Positions 8,939 to 18,318 of a DNA stretch of 64,000 nucleotides are shown in pieces. Numbering within the stretch: the first letter of the stretch is position 1; each line of letters begins with the position of its first letter. Below the pieces are notes generated by a model. That model was given only the letters and a program-made list of their open reading frames with translations, was not told where the DNA came from and did no database searches. Made by a program: the position numbers and the translations under genes. Source of the stretch: Lachnospiraceae bacterium (GTDB lineage Bacteria; Bacillota; Clostridia; Lachnospirales; Lachnospiraceae); the NCBI GenBank assembly GCA_022781985.1, contig JALESH010000030.1:3474-67473 (forward strand), read 5' to 3'.

Positions 8939-10072
8939 ATGGTCTTTTATATACTGACAGCGCTGCTGACCATAGGGCTTGCAGCGGCAGTGAGGGTGCT
9001 GCCGGCAGAAAAAGGGACAGGACATAGGGGAGAAAATACGGGGATAAGCAGGCGGCAGGCAGTGAATGGGCTGTGCCTGTTTTGTATTTTTATGGTTTTA
9101 TTTGGGGTATCGGCCTGCCGGATGAATGTGGGGAATGACTATGCCAAATACGTGGAGTTCATGCACCTCATTGCCTGTGATGCCTACAGCTATGTGCCTA
9201 CGGAGGTGGGCTTTAATGCATTGGTGACAGTGCTGTATGAGCTGACAGGAGGTGAGAATTTCCTGCTTGTCTTTGCAGTTTTCGCCTTTGCTACCCTCTG
9301 GCTGTTTTTAAAGGCCATGTATGAGCAGAGTGACAGCTTTGGATGGAGCTTTTTCCTGTTTATGGCTTTCGGGCTCTATTTTTCTACCTTTAATACGGTG
9401 CGATATTATCTGGCCCTGGGCCTGGCCTTGTATTCGGTCAAATATGTCCTGAGGAGGGAATGGGTAAGGTTTATCCTGCTGGTGCTGCTGGGCGCGGCCT
9501 TTCATAAGTCCATGCTGGTGGTTATCCCTCTGTATTTCTTGGCCGGCCTGGCATGGAAGAAATGGCAGCTCGCTCTGATGGCCCTGTTTTGCAGCACCTT
9601 TTTCTTCCTGCAGGATTTTTATTTGAGAGCGGTGGTGTTTCTGTATCCTTCCTATGAGGATACGGAGTATCTGGAGGGAGGAGTCAGCTGGTTCAACATC
9701 CTGCGGTGTACGGGAGTGCTGGTACTTTCCCTGTTATATTATAAGCAGGCAGTGGCAGGCAGCAGGAGAAACCGGTTCTATTTCTTCTGCAATCTGGGGG
9801 CATTGGTACTTTATGTCTGCTGTTCCTTTTTGCCCATCATAACCAGGATCGGATATTATCTGAATGTGACGCAGATTTTGTTTATTCCCGCCATACTGGG
9901 GAGGATTGAGGACAGAAGGCAGAGGAGATTCTGGAGCGGAGCAGTGGCTCTGGCGGCGGTGGGATATTTTGCACTGTATTTGCTGCGGGCGGATCAGGAC
10001 GGGATCAGGGTGCTGCCCTATCAGACGTTTATGTTTCATGACATGGTGCCGATTTTGTCGGACGTGAATTAG
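8939..10072 (+). CDS. EpsG-family membrane protein (Wzy-type repeat-unit polymerase candidate)
   Basis: About 11 predicted TM helices. GNDYAKYVEFM, PTEVGFN, R.YLALGLAL and AAFHKS blocks resemble the EpsG family. Confidence 0.75.
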   Translation: MVFYILTALLTIGLAAAVRVLPAEKGTGHRGENTGISRRQAVNGLCLFCIFMVLFGVSACRMNVGNDYAKYVEFMHLIACDAYSYVPTEVGFNALVTVLYELTGGENFLLVFAVFAFATLWLFLKAMYEQSDSFGWSFFLFMAFGLYFSTFNTVRYYLALGLALYSVKYVLRREWVRFILLVLLGAAFHKSMLVVIPLYFLAGLAWKKWQLALMALFCSTFFFLQDFYLRAVVFLYPSYEDTEYLEGGVSWFNILRCTGVLVLSLLYYKQAVAGSRRNRFYFFCNLGALVLYVCCSFLPIITRIGYYLNVTQILFIPAILGRIEDRRQRRFWSGAVALAAVGYFALYLLRADQDGIRVLPYQTFMFHDMVPILSDVN

Positions 10073-10107
10073 GGTCCGGTTGATTATTGGAAATATAGCT
10101 TAACTGA

Positions 10108-10136
10108 ATGACATTGCATAAAATATATGTTAAAAT
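10108..10136 (+). promoter_or_regulatory. sigma-A-type promoter (ATGACA-17-TGtTAAAAT)
   Basis: Located in the AT-rich 143-nt gap. -35 at 10108..10113, a 17-nt spacer, TG at 10128..10129 and -10 at 10131..10136. Confidence 0.45.
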
Positions 10137-10215
10137 AGAAATACCGCGTAGTTACTGTATTTTAATTGAAATGAGATGACAAACGAGCCAGTCAATAATT
10201 AAGGGGGGTCAGAAG

Positions 10216-13200
10216 ATGAAAAAAATAGTGATCGCATCATTTGTAATGTGTCTTCTGCTGTTGGGTCTGTTTCCAGCTACGCTTATGCAGACGAATGCCG
10301 CTGAAAAGCGCGATCTCAATCCAGGGGAATCGGCACTGGGAAGTGAGATTAACTTGCAGGTCGGAGACAGGATAGTAGACGGCCTTGGCAGTTACGCTTA
10401 CGGTACAGACGGGACGAGCAGCCAGGTGCAGCCAATTGTATGGAATGTACTTGATACAAAAACGAATATGGATCAGGCAGAAGAAAACGATGGCTTGTTT
10501 CTTGTATCAAAGAATGTATTGGATTGGACACTTTGGAATGAATATGAAATACGAAACGGCAAGTATTACAAAGAAGGAGCAGAGACCTTTGCAAACGAGT
10601 GGGAAGGCTCTATTGCCCAGGCCTGGTGCAGAAATTTTTACGAAAGTACCATAAGGACAAGCATCGGTGGGGATAAGACGATACCTACCAGTAGGACGGA
10701 TGAATCCATAACCCTGAATAATTGCTGGAATGGAAATACCTACAGCTTCGGAGCAAGCAAAATTGAGAATGAGAGGGTATTCTTTCTGTCTGTAAGAGAA
10801 ATCAAGGATTATTTTGCAGATGATGCACAGAGGGCAGCTTCAGGAGCTGTTGTATTTTACTGGACCCGCTCTCCTCATGATAAGGCGGGAAATGACCCAA
10901 GAGCATGTTATATCCACAATGACGGTCTGATAGGCCGCCATATGGGTGTGGATCCATATGGTGCCCGCCCTGCCTTGAATCTTGACTATAAAGAGCTTTG
11001 GTTTAAGAAAGTGGCAGATGGGGAGTATAGAATCGTAACCGAAGAAGAAGCGAATAATCCCACTGAAGGGTCGGAGGCCGGAGGAGACGACACAACCGGA
11101 CAGGAGGGCGCTGATGAAGCCGAAAAGCAATACATTGATGTTGAGGGCGTAAGGGTAGAGGTTGATACCATACAGAAAAACGGACCGGACAGGGAAAACA
11201 TCGTGTGGGTAATCGCAGGTGACGGGTATACAGAGTCCGAGATGACGAAGTATAGGGCAAGAGTAGATGAAGTTTGTGAATATTTTTTCCAACTGGAGCC
11301 CTATAAGCAGTTTAAGGATAAGATCAACATTTATGCCCTTAAGACGATTTCAAAAACCTCCGGCCTCGGAACGGGAGAGGGCGGTGAAAATGATACATTT
11401 TTCGGAATTCATCAAAGCTCGGGCATTCTGGCCGACATAGGCGACCATGGACTGGAATTTATGCGTCTGTCATGTGAGGCACTGAAAGAAAGCATTGCAG
11501 ACTCGGATGCAGCGATTACCTCCTACCAGATTATCAGCAATAGCAATGAGTATTACGATGCCGGGTATCTAAACGGCATGCTGAGTATTTTTACGGGTAA
11601 TTCTGCTTCCATCGACATGGCGGTTCATGAAATGGGACATACTCATGGGCTTATAGACGAACATAATTCTAATTCCTACGGGGTGAATGCTGCAAATAAA
11701 TTAAAAGGAGAAACTCCTGATGTAAACAGCCTTTCCTGGAGAAAATTTCTGGGGTACAAGGGAGTGGGAGCCTATGAAAAGCTCAGCTATCCTCAGGTTA
11801 CGCCAAAATACAGCTGTATGATGAATGATTATGCGGAGTATTGTCCCGTATGTAAGGCACACGTCTTTAATCATCTGAATCTGAGGCTTGAGTACAATAA
11901 TAGATTCATGCTCTACCAGGACGATATCGAAATTACAACGGCGGAAGAACCGGGATACAGAATTGAGGGCGGAAATATCTATGATGTCCACTCCAATTAT
12001 GAAGGCACGGTAATCAACACCATAGGTTCAGGAAACATAACAGAGGCAAATGGAAACAGTCTTGAGGCACGGACAATCGTGAAAAGCTATGCCGACGAAC
12101 CCCAGAACTATAAGCTTAAGCTGGAAATAAAGGCTCAGGACGGAAGCGTAAAGTATGCCGCCCAAAAGACATTTACACTTTTGTGTAATGAACTGGAATC
12201 CATATCCGTTGTTACCGAAGAGCTCAGCGGACTGGTAGAGGGTGACACCATAGAGGCAACACTGGATAAGGTAGGCAGAAGCGCGCCGCTGAAGCCGTCG
12301 AATAAGATTATCGTAGAGAATCCAAACGCGCTGACGGCAGAGGAGAAAAAGGCAGTTGAAGACGCGGTCAGGGAAGCAAATCAGAATATCTTTCCGGAGG
12401 GAACCGAGGTAAAAGCCGGGGACAACGGAGAGGTGAGGATTACTTATCCGGACGGGGCAGCCGACACAATGCAGATTGCAGAGCTGGTAGAGGAAAGAAC
12501 AGTAATCAGCTATACGGTAACCTTCAACAGTGACGGCGGAAGCGCAGTGGAACCTAAGACAGTAATCGATAATGAGGCAGTGACAGAGCCGGAAAGACCG
12601 ACCAGAGAGGGATATATTTTTGTAGGCTGGTATCTGGGAGAATCCGAAACACTCTATGATTTTACCGCACCGGTAAGGCAGAACATCACCCTGAGGGCAA
12701 AATGGCGGGTAACCGAGGACTATAATAATGAGGAAGGGGCAGTGACACCCGAAACTCCTGCTGTGCCTGTAATGCAGACAGTGGCAGCCCCTACCTTCTC
12801 ACCCAACGGAGGAACCTTTGATAAGGCACAGAGTGTATCCATTACCTCTGCAACTGCGGGCGCAAAAATCTACTACACCACTGACGGCTCTGCGCCTACT
12901 GAAAGGAGTACGGCTTATACAAAGGCCATCAATGTAGATAAGAGCATGACCATCAAGTCGATTGCAGTGAAGGACGGAATGACAAACAGTGATGTGGCTG
13001 AGGCAGTTTTTGTTATTGAGATGAAAGCGGAAAAGCCTTGGATATTTGAGGATGTAAACGTAAATGCCAGCAACTGGAAATATCAGAGTGTTAAATATGT
13101 TTATGACAATGATATTATGGGTGCCATTTCAGGAACCAAAGAGTTCCAGCCGGATCGTCCGCTGAGCAGATCCATGTTCGCAACGGTGCTTTACCGTATG

Positions 13201-13614
13201 GCAAACTCCCCGAAGGTCGTATTTGAGAACAAATTTATAGATGTGCCTGCGGGAGAATGGTACAGTGATGCGATTCTCTGGGCATATAAAAATAAGATCG
13301 TCTCCGGCTACACCGATGGCAGCTTTGGTATTGATGATAATATCACCCGTGAGCAGATTGCAAAGATGCTCTATGAGTATGCAAAGGTATGCAAGCATGA
13401 CATCAGTGAGAGAAATGACCTTGGCTCCTTTACGGATCAAGCTAAGGTGAGCGGCTGGGCAGTAGAGTACATGCAGTGGGCAACCGCAATGAAGATGATC
13501 ACCGGTAAGCCCAATGATGATCAGAAGACCTACCGCATGGAGCCAAAGGGAGATGCAACCAGGGCAGAGTGCGCAGCGATGCTGACACGTTTTGCAGAGA
13601 AATATGATAAATGA
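10216..13614 (+). CDS. secreted, SLH-anchored multidomain M64-family (IgA-protease-like) zinc metalloprotease
   Basis: Signal peptide MKKIVIASFVMCLLLLGLFPATLMQTNA|AE. DUF6273-like N-terminal domain (IVWNVLD...VFFLSVREI...YWTRSP...GARPALNL). M64-like core (IVWVIAGDGYTESEM...) with HEMGHTHGLIDEH at 11626..11664. One Listeria-Bacteroides-type repeat (YTVTFNSDGG...EGYIFVGWY). A chitobiase-C-like domain (FSPNGGTF...IYYTTDGSAPT). Three C-terminal SLH repeats. Confidence 0.8.
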   Translation: MKKIVIASFVMCLLLLGLFPATLMQTNAAEKRDLNPGESALGSEINLQVGDRIVDGLGSYAYGTDGTSSQVQPIVWNVLDTKTNMDQAEENDGLFLVSKNVLDWTLWNEYEIRNGKYYKEGAETFANEWEGSIAQAWCRNFYESTIRTSIGGDKTIPTSRTDESITLNNCWNGNTYSFGASKIENERVFFLSVREIKDYFADDAQRAASGAVVFYWTRSPHDKAGNDPRACYIHNDGLIGRHMGVDPYGARPALNLDYKELWFKKVADGEYRIVTEEEANNPTEGSEAGGDDTTGQEGADEAEKQYIDVEGVRVEVDTIQKNGPDRENIVWVIAGDGYTESEMTKYRARVDEVCEYFFQLEPYKQFKDKINIYALKTISKTSGLGTGEGGENDTFFGIHQSSGILADIGDHGLEFMRLSCEALKESIADSDAAITSYQIISNSNEYYDAGYLNGMLSIFTGNSASIDMAVHEMGHTHGLIDEHNSNSYGVNAANKLKGETPDVNSLSWRKFLGYKGVGAYEKLSYPQVTPKYSCMMNDYAEYCPVCKAHVFNHLNLRLEYNNRFMLYQDDIEITTAEEPGYRIEGGNIYDVHSNYEGTVINTIGSGNITEANGNSLEARTIVKSYADEPQNYKLKLEIKAQDGSVKYAAQKTFTLLCNELESISVVTEELSGLVEGDTIEATLDKVGRSAPLKPSNKIIVENPNALTAEEKKAVEDAVREANQNIFPEGTEVKAGDNGEVRITYPDGAADTMQIAELVEERTVISYTVTFNSDGGSAVEPKTVIDNEAVTEPERPTREGYIFVGWYLGESETLYDFTAPVRQNITLRAKWRVTEDYNNEEGAVTPETPAVPVMQTVAAPTFSPNGGTFDKAQSVSITSATAGAKIYYTTDGSAPTERSTAYTKAINVDKSMTIKSIAVKDGMTNSDVAEAVFVIEMKAEKPWIFEDVNVNASNWKYQSVKYVYDNDIMGAISGTKEFQPDRPLSRSMFATVLYRMANSPKVVFENKFIDVPAGEWYSDAILWAYKNKIVSGYTDGSFGIDDNITREQIAKMLYEYAKVCKHDISERNDLGSFTDQAKVSGWAVEYMQWATAMKMITGKPNDDQKTYRMEPKGDATRAECAAMLTRFAEKYDK

Positions 13615-13668
13615 TCACAGTGCAAAATGATGCCAAGGGATTGTTCGGGAAGACCACAGGAAAATGAG

Positions 13669-13710
13669 AGCCTGCCCGGCAGTGAAAGAAACTGCCGGGC
13701 AGGCTTTATG
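13669..13710 (+). terminator. rho-independent terminator
   Basis: A perfect 15-bp stem AGCCTGCCCGGCAGT (13669..13683) pairs with ACTGCCGGGCAGGCT (13691..13705) around loop GAAAGAA. The U-tract (TTTATG) is short. Confidence 0.7.
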
Positions 13711-13759
13711 TATGAAAAAATAGTTGGTCACTGAACCGAAAGAGGATTTGACTGTCTGG

Positions 13760-13788
13760 TTGAAAAACAATCTGTAAGATGATAAAAT
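13760..13788 (+). promoter_or_regulatory. sigma-A-type promoter (TTGAAA-17-TGaTAAAAT)
   Basis: -35 at 13760..13765, a 17-nt spacer and an extended -10, with -10 at 13783..13788. It overlaps the first ATG (13779) of the track ORF, which argues for the 13818 start. Confidence 0.55.
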
Positions 13789-13817
13789 TCTACAGAGATA
13801 AAAAGGGGAGAAAGAGC

Positions 13818-14654
13818 ATGGATATAGCTATGATTAAATTCAGCATAGTAGTGGTCTGCCTGAATCCCGGGCAGGGCCTGAAACGGACGGTGGAAAGTAT
13901 TCTGGCGCAGACCTGCGGGGACTATGAGATCCTGGTAAAGGATGGCATGTCCTCCGACGGCAGCGTGGAAGCCCTGCCGCCGGAGGAACGGATACGCATC
14001 ATCCGTCAAAAGGATAAGGGCATCTACGATGCCATGAATCAGGCAGTGGAGCAGGTGAGGGGAAGGTATGTTTACTTCCTGAACTGCGGAGACTTTTTTT
14101 TTGACCGGGACGTATTGCATCGTGTGGAAATTGAAATTGAAAAAAAAGAAACGAGGATAAAACAGTCAGGGGGGATACAAGCAGCTCCCCGGTATATTTT
14201 CTACGGTGATATCCATGAGCGCCGGACCGGTCAGCGGGTGCCCTCCAATCCTTCCCTGGATGCCTTTGGCTGCTATCGGAATGTACCCTGCCACCAGGCC
14301 TGCTTCTATGGGGCTGGCCTGATGCGGGAGAAGGGCTTTGATCTCAGCTACAGGGTAAGGGCGGATTATGATCATTTCCTGTGGTGCTTTTTCAGGGGAA
14401 AGGCGGAGCCGGTATATATGCCCATGGTCGTGGCCGATTATGAGGGTGGGGGCTTTTCCGAGACCCGGGAGAACCGGAGGATATCTGCCCGGGAGCACAG
14501 AGAAATTGTGGAAAAATATATGAAGCCCTCACAGGTTCGCCGATATCGGGCAGTGATGTTCCTGAGTCTGTCCTGGCTGCGTACCTGGCTGTCGGAGAAT
14601 AAGGCTACTGCCCGGGTATACAATAAGATCAAGAGAAGGATATATAAAAGCTAA
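13818..14654 (+). CDS. glycosyltransferase family 2
   Basis: FSIVVVCLNPG, KDGMSSDGS and LNCGDFF (DxD-like) motifs. RBS GGGGAG lies 7 nt before the ATG at 13818. The gene contains T9 (14094..14102) and A8 (14140..14147) tracts. Confidence 0.8.
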   Translation: MDIAMIKFSIVVVCLNPGQGLKRTVESILAQTCGDYEILVKDGMSSDGSVEALPPEERIRIIRQKDKGIYDAMNQAVEQVRGRYVYFLNCGDFFFDRDVLHRVEIEIEKKETRIKQSGGIQAAPRYIFYGDIHERRTGQRVPSNPSLDAFGCYRNVPCHQACFYGAGLMREKGFDLSYRVRADYDHFLWCFFRGKAEPVYMPMVVADYEGGGFSETRENRRISAREHREIVEKYMKPSQVRRYRAVMFLSLSWLRTWLSENKATARVYNKIKRRIYKS

Positions 14655-14673
14655 AAGGAGCAGGGAAATAGAG

Positions 14674-15990
14674 ATGAGAGTGCTGTGGCTGTGCAATATT
14701 ATGATTCCGGCGATCGGGGAAGCTTTGGGGCTGCCCTGCAGCAACAGGGAAGGGTGGCTTACCGGCCTCTATGAAAGGCTGAGATCCCGGGGAGAAAAAG
14801 AGGGACAGGCCGGGAGAAAAGGGGAAATAGAGCTGGGTATCTGTTTTCCGGTGCCAAGGCTTCCCCGGGAGGTGATCCGAAGGTGCAGCGGGAGGCCGGG
14901 ATTTTCCATAGAGGGGGCGGAGTGCTATCCCTTTGTGGAGAATCTGGCGGCGCCGGAAAGGTATGATCCCTCACTGGAGGGGCAGCTTCGCAGGGCTCTG
15001 GAGGATTTCAGGCCCGATCTGGTGCATATCTTCGGGACTGAATTTCCTCATGCCCTGGCTATGGCCAGAGCCTATGACAGGCCGGAGCGGACGCTGGTGG
15101 GGCTCCAGGGCATCTGCTATGCCTGCGCGGAGTCCTATATGGCGGATCTGCCGGAGAGGGTCATAGCCGGGCGGACCTTCAGGGACTGGTTAAAAAAGGA
15201 CAGCATCCTGCAGCAGCAGGAGAAATTTCGCCGCCGGGGAGAGAGGGAGAGAGAGGTGCTTGGAAGGGTCGGGCACGTCACCGGAAGGACGGATTTTGAC
15301 CGGAGAGAGGCTGCAGCCTGCAATGCAAAGGCTGTTTATCATTTTATGAACGAGACCATGCGCCGGCCCTTTTACAGCGGCAGGTGGGAACCATCGGCCT
15401 GTACTCCCTGCCGTATTTTCCTGAGCCAGGGGGACTATCCGCTGAAGGGCTTCCACTATGTGCTGAGAGCGCTGCCAGAGATACTGGAGACATACCCCCG
15501 GACCCGTGTCTGTGTGGCAGGCAGCAGTGTGATAAATTTTGCTTCCTGGAAGGACAGGATTAAAATTTCCTCCTATGGAAGGTATTTGCTGGAGCTGATC
15601 AGGGAGCATGGGCTGGAAGGACATGTGGAGATGCTGGGCAGGCTGTCTGCAGAGGAGATGAAGGAGCAGCTTTTGAAAAGCAGCCTCTTTCTCTGTCCCT
15701 CCTCTCTGGAGAATTCTCCCAACTCTCTGGCCGAGGCCATGCTCCTGGGGGTGCCCTCGGCGGCCTCCCGGACGGGTGGGATCCCCTCTCTGCTGGCGGA
15801 GGAAAAGGAGGGGCTGCTGTTCCGGCCGGGTGACGTAAAGGGACTGGCGGAAGCGGTGATGAGGATATGGAGAGAGCCGGAGGAAGCCGCCCGGAGAGCA
15901 GAGGCAGGGAGGATGCGGGCCATGGAGCTCTACGATGGGGAGAAGAATTACAGAAGACTTCTGGAAATCTACAGGGAGATATGTCTATGA
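14674..15990 (+). CDS. glycosyltransferase family 4 (GT-B, retaining type)
   Basis: C-terminal EnsPNSLAEAMLLGVPSAASRTGGIPSLL...G.L is the E-x7-E GT4 signature region. Length is 438 aa. Confidence 0.8.
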   Translation: MRVLWLCNIMIPAIGEALGLPCSNREGWLTGLYERLRSRGEKEGQAGRKGEIELGICFPVPRLPREVIRRCSGRPGFSIEGAECYPFVENLAAPERYDPSLEGQLRRALEDFRPDLVHIFGTEFPHALAMARAYDRPERTLVGLQGICYACAESYMADLPERVIAGRTFRDWLKKDSILQQQEKFRRRGEREREVLGRVGHVTGRTDFDRREAAACNAKAVYHFMNETMRRPFYSGRWEPSACTPCRIFLSQGDYPLKGFHYVLRALPEILETYPRTRVCVAGSSVINFASWKDRIKISSYGRYLLELIREHGLEGHVEMLGRLSAEEMKEQLLKSSLFLCPSSLENSPNSLAEAMLLGVPSAASRTGGIPSLLAEEKEGLLFRPGDVKGLAEAVMRIWREPEEAARRAEAGRMRAMELYDGEKNYRRLLEIYREICL

Positions 15991-17156
15991 AGCTGACCTT
16001 TGTATCCAACTATATCAACCACCACCAGATTCCTTTTTCCGATGCCTGCTGCAGGGAGCTGGATGGGGAATATTATTTCATACAGACCCAGCCCATGGAG
16101 GAGGAGCGGATCGCCATGGGCTGGGACAGGGAGGCAGGCAGGCTTCCCTATGTCAGGGAAATGGATAAGGAAGAAGCATTGTGCCGGAAGCTGATTCTGG
16201 AAAGCGATATCGCCATATTTGGCTGGAGCGGCCGGGAGGACCTGATGGATGAGCTGATCAGGAGACGGCTGGAGGCAGGCAGGCCGGTGCTGAGGGTGAG
16301 CGAAAGACTGTACAGGGAGGGGCAGTGGAGGGCTGTTTCCCCCAGGGGGCTGCTGAAAAAATACAGACAGCACACCAGATACCGGAAGCAGCCCATGTGC
16401 CTGCTGTGCGCCGGCGCCTATGTGGCTTCTGACTTTCATATCATTCGGGCATATCCGGAGAAAATGCTGCGTTTCGGCTATTTTCCGGAGACCCGGCACT
16501 ATACCGATGAGCAGCTTCGGGAGATGAAGGAAAAGGACGGAAGGGTGCATATCCTGTGGGCAGGCCGTTTTCTTCCCCTGAAGCATCCTGAGTTCGCAGT
16601 CAGGATCGGGGGGGAGCTGAAGCGGGAGCAGAGGGACTTCCACATCCATATGGCAGGCGGCGGAGAGCTGGAGGCAGAGCTGAGAGAGCAGGTGGAGAGC
16701 CGGGGACTGCAGGAATATGTGACCTTTTATGGATATACCGCGCCCGGGGAGGTGCGCCGGATGATGGAAAAATGCCATATCCACCTGTTCACCAGCAACC
16801 ACTTGGAGGGCTGGGGCGCAGTAGTCAATGAGGCCATGAACAGCGGCTGTGCGGTGGTAGCCAGCGGGGAGGCAGGGGCCGTTCCCTTTTTGCTCCGGCA
16901 CGGAGAAAATGGGTTGATATACCGAAGAGACTCCTATGAGGAATTTGCCGGCCTGGTAAAGCGGCTGGCGGCCGACCGGGAGCTGACGGCCGGGCTTGGC
17001 CGGGAGGCTTACAGAACCATCGTGGACTTGTGGAATGCGGAGCATGCGGCGGCGGAGCTGATCCGGTTCTGCAGGGGGCTGCTGGAGGGCAGGATCGTGC
17101 CGGCAGGAGAGGGTCCCCTGAGCAGGGCACCCATTATCGTGCCGGGGAGATATTAA
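15987..17156 (+). CDS. glycosyltransferase family 4-like (GT-B)
   Basis: The ATG at 15987 overlaps the upstream TGA (ATGA), with SD AGGGAG 9 nt upstream. The track's 15867 start is a 5' over-extension. C-terminal HLEGWGAVVNEAMNSGCAVVAS...G..P is a GT-B signature. Confidence 0.75.
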   Translation: MKLTFVSNYINHHQIPFSDACCRELDGEYYFIQTQPMEEERIAMGWDREAGRLPYVREMDKEEALCRKLILESDIAIFGWSGREDLMDELIRRRLEAGRPVLRVSERLYREGQWRAVSPRGLLKKYRQHTRYRKQPMCLLCAGAYVASDFHIIRAYPEKMLRFGYFPETRHYTDEQLREMKEKDGRVHILWAGRFLPLKHPEFAVRIGGELKREQRDFHIHMAGGGELEAELREQVESRGLQEYVTFYGYTAPGEVRRMMEKCHIHLFTSNHLEGWGAVVNEAMNSGCAVVASGEAGAVPFLLRHGENGLIYRRDSYEEFAGLVKRLAADRELTAGLGREAYRTIVDLWNAEHAAAELIRFCRGLLEGRIVPAGEGPLSRAPIIVPGRY

Positions 17157-17172
17157 TTTTTTATGGCTTTTA

Positions 17173-17201
17173 TTGCCATTTTACCTGCCGGGGATTATAA
17201 T
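17173..17201 (+). promoter_or_regulatory. sigma-A-type promoter (TTGCCA-17-TATAAT)
   Basis: -35 at 17173..17178, an exact 17-nt spacer and a consensus -10 TATAAT at 17196..17201. It heads the GT2 plus pse gene block. Confidence 0.55.
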
Positions 17202-17245
17202 TTTGGTGCTTGCTGCAAATAAAAAGGAAGAAGGATGGAGAGATC

Positions 17246-18241
17246 ATGCAGGATTTAATCAGTGTCATAGTACCTGTGTATAATATTCTGGACTGCCTTC
17301 CCCGATGCGTGGAGTCCATCTGCCGGCAGACCTATTCCAATCTGGAAATCATACTGGTGGATGACGGCTCCACCGATGGAACGGAGAGGCTGGTGGAGGA
17401 GCTGGCGGCACAGGATTCCAGAATCCGTGTTTTTCATAAGGAAAACGGGGGTTCCTCCTCTGCCAGAAACCTGGGGATCCGTCAGGCCAAGGGAAGGTGG
17501 CTGGGCTTTGTGGACAGTGACGATTTTATCGGGCCCCGGATGTATGAGAGGCTGGCAGAGGCCCTCCTGAGGGAGGGGCTGCCTATGGCTCAGATCTCCC
17601 GGGACGAGATCGACGAGAAGGGGAACCGCCTGCCCGACGTCTGTGAGCCTCCTGAGCAGCCCTTTGTGTGCAGGCCCGGAGCATTCATGCGCCAGCTCCT
17701 CCTTCACCGGGGGGACTGCTCCTACTGCACCAAGCTGACCTCCCGGGAGCTTTTTGAAAAAAATACCTTTCCGGAGGGCGTGCTCAATGAGGACTTCCAC
17801 CTCCTGATCAGGATGCTCCGGGATATTCAGGGCGTGGCCATCCTCCCCCAGCAGGACTACCATGTTTTCTACCGCGCCGGCAGCAACACCAGAAAACGCT
17901 CCAAGGATGAATTTTCCAGAGTCTTTGTGGACATTGTAGATAATGCAGATCTGGCTGCGACCATAGTGGAAGAAAAGTATCCGGAGCTGAAGCCGGAGGC
18001 TATCCGGTTTTCCCTTTGCCAGAGGCTGGACTACCTGCTGCACATCCCTGTGTCCCGGATGAACAGGGAAAACAGCTTCTACAGGTCTGTGGTGGCCTAT
18101 CTGAGAAGGCACTGGCGGGACACCCTCTCCAATCCCTGCCTGACAGGGCGGGACAGATGGTACCTGCTGCTGCTGACTGCGGCGCCGGGAACGGTCCGCC
18201 GGGTACACCGGTGGAAAATGAAGATATCGGGACAGATGTAG
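17246..18241 (+). CDS. glycosyltransferase family 2
   Basis: ISVIVPVYNILD, ILVDDGSTDGT, GSSSARNLG and FVDSDDF motifs. The start at 17246 follows GGATGGAGAG. Confidence 0.8.
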   Translation: MQDLISVIVPVYNILDCLPRCVESICRQTYSNLEIILVDDGSTDGTERLVEELAAQDSRIRVFHKENGGSSSARNLGIRQAKGRWLGFVDSDDFIGPRMYERLAEALLREGLPMAQISRDEIDEKGNRLPDVCEPPEQPFVCRPGAFMRQLLLHRGDCSYCTKLTSRELFEKNTFPEGVLNEDFHLLIRMLRDIQGVAILPQQDYHVFYRAGSNTRKRSKDEFSRVFVDIVDNADLAATIVEEKYPELKPEAIRFSLCQRLDYLLHIPVSRMNRENSFYRSVVAYLRRHWRDTLSNPCLTGRDRWYLLLLTAAPGTVRRVHRWKMKISGQM

Positions 18242-18318
18242 CCATCCCTCCGGGTTTATGTTATACTGTAGCTTTAGAAGGGGTGCAGTGATAGAAATAA
18301 GAAGGTTGAGGAATAAAA

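Noticed and set aside
10073-13778. Possible mobile element or genomic islet carrying the M64 protease gene
   Set aside because: I found no integrase or transposase, no flanking inverted or direct repeats, and no tRNA. Only the compositional shift and self-contained promoter and terminator remain. It is therefore reported as a possible horizontal acquisition, not as a mobile element.
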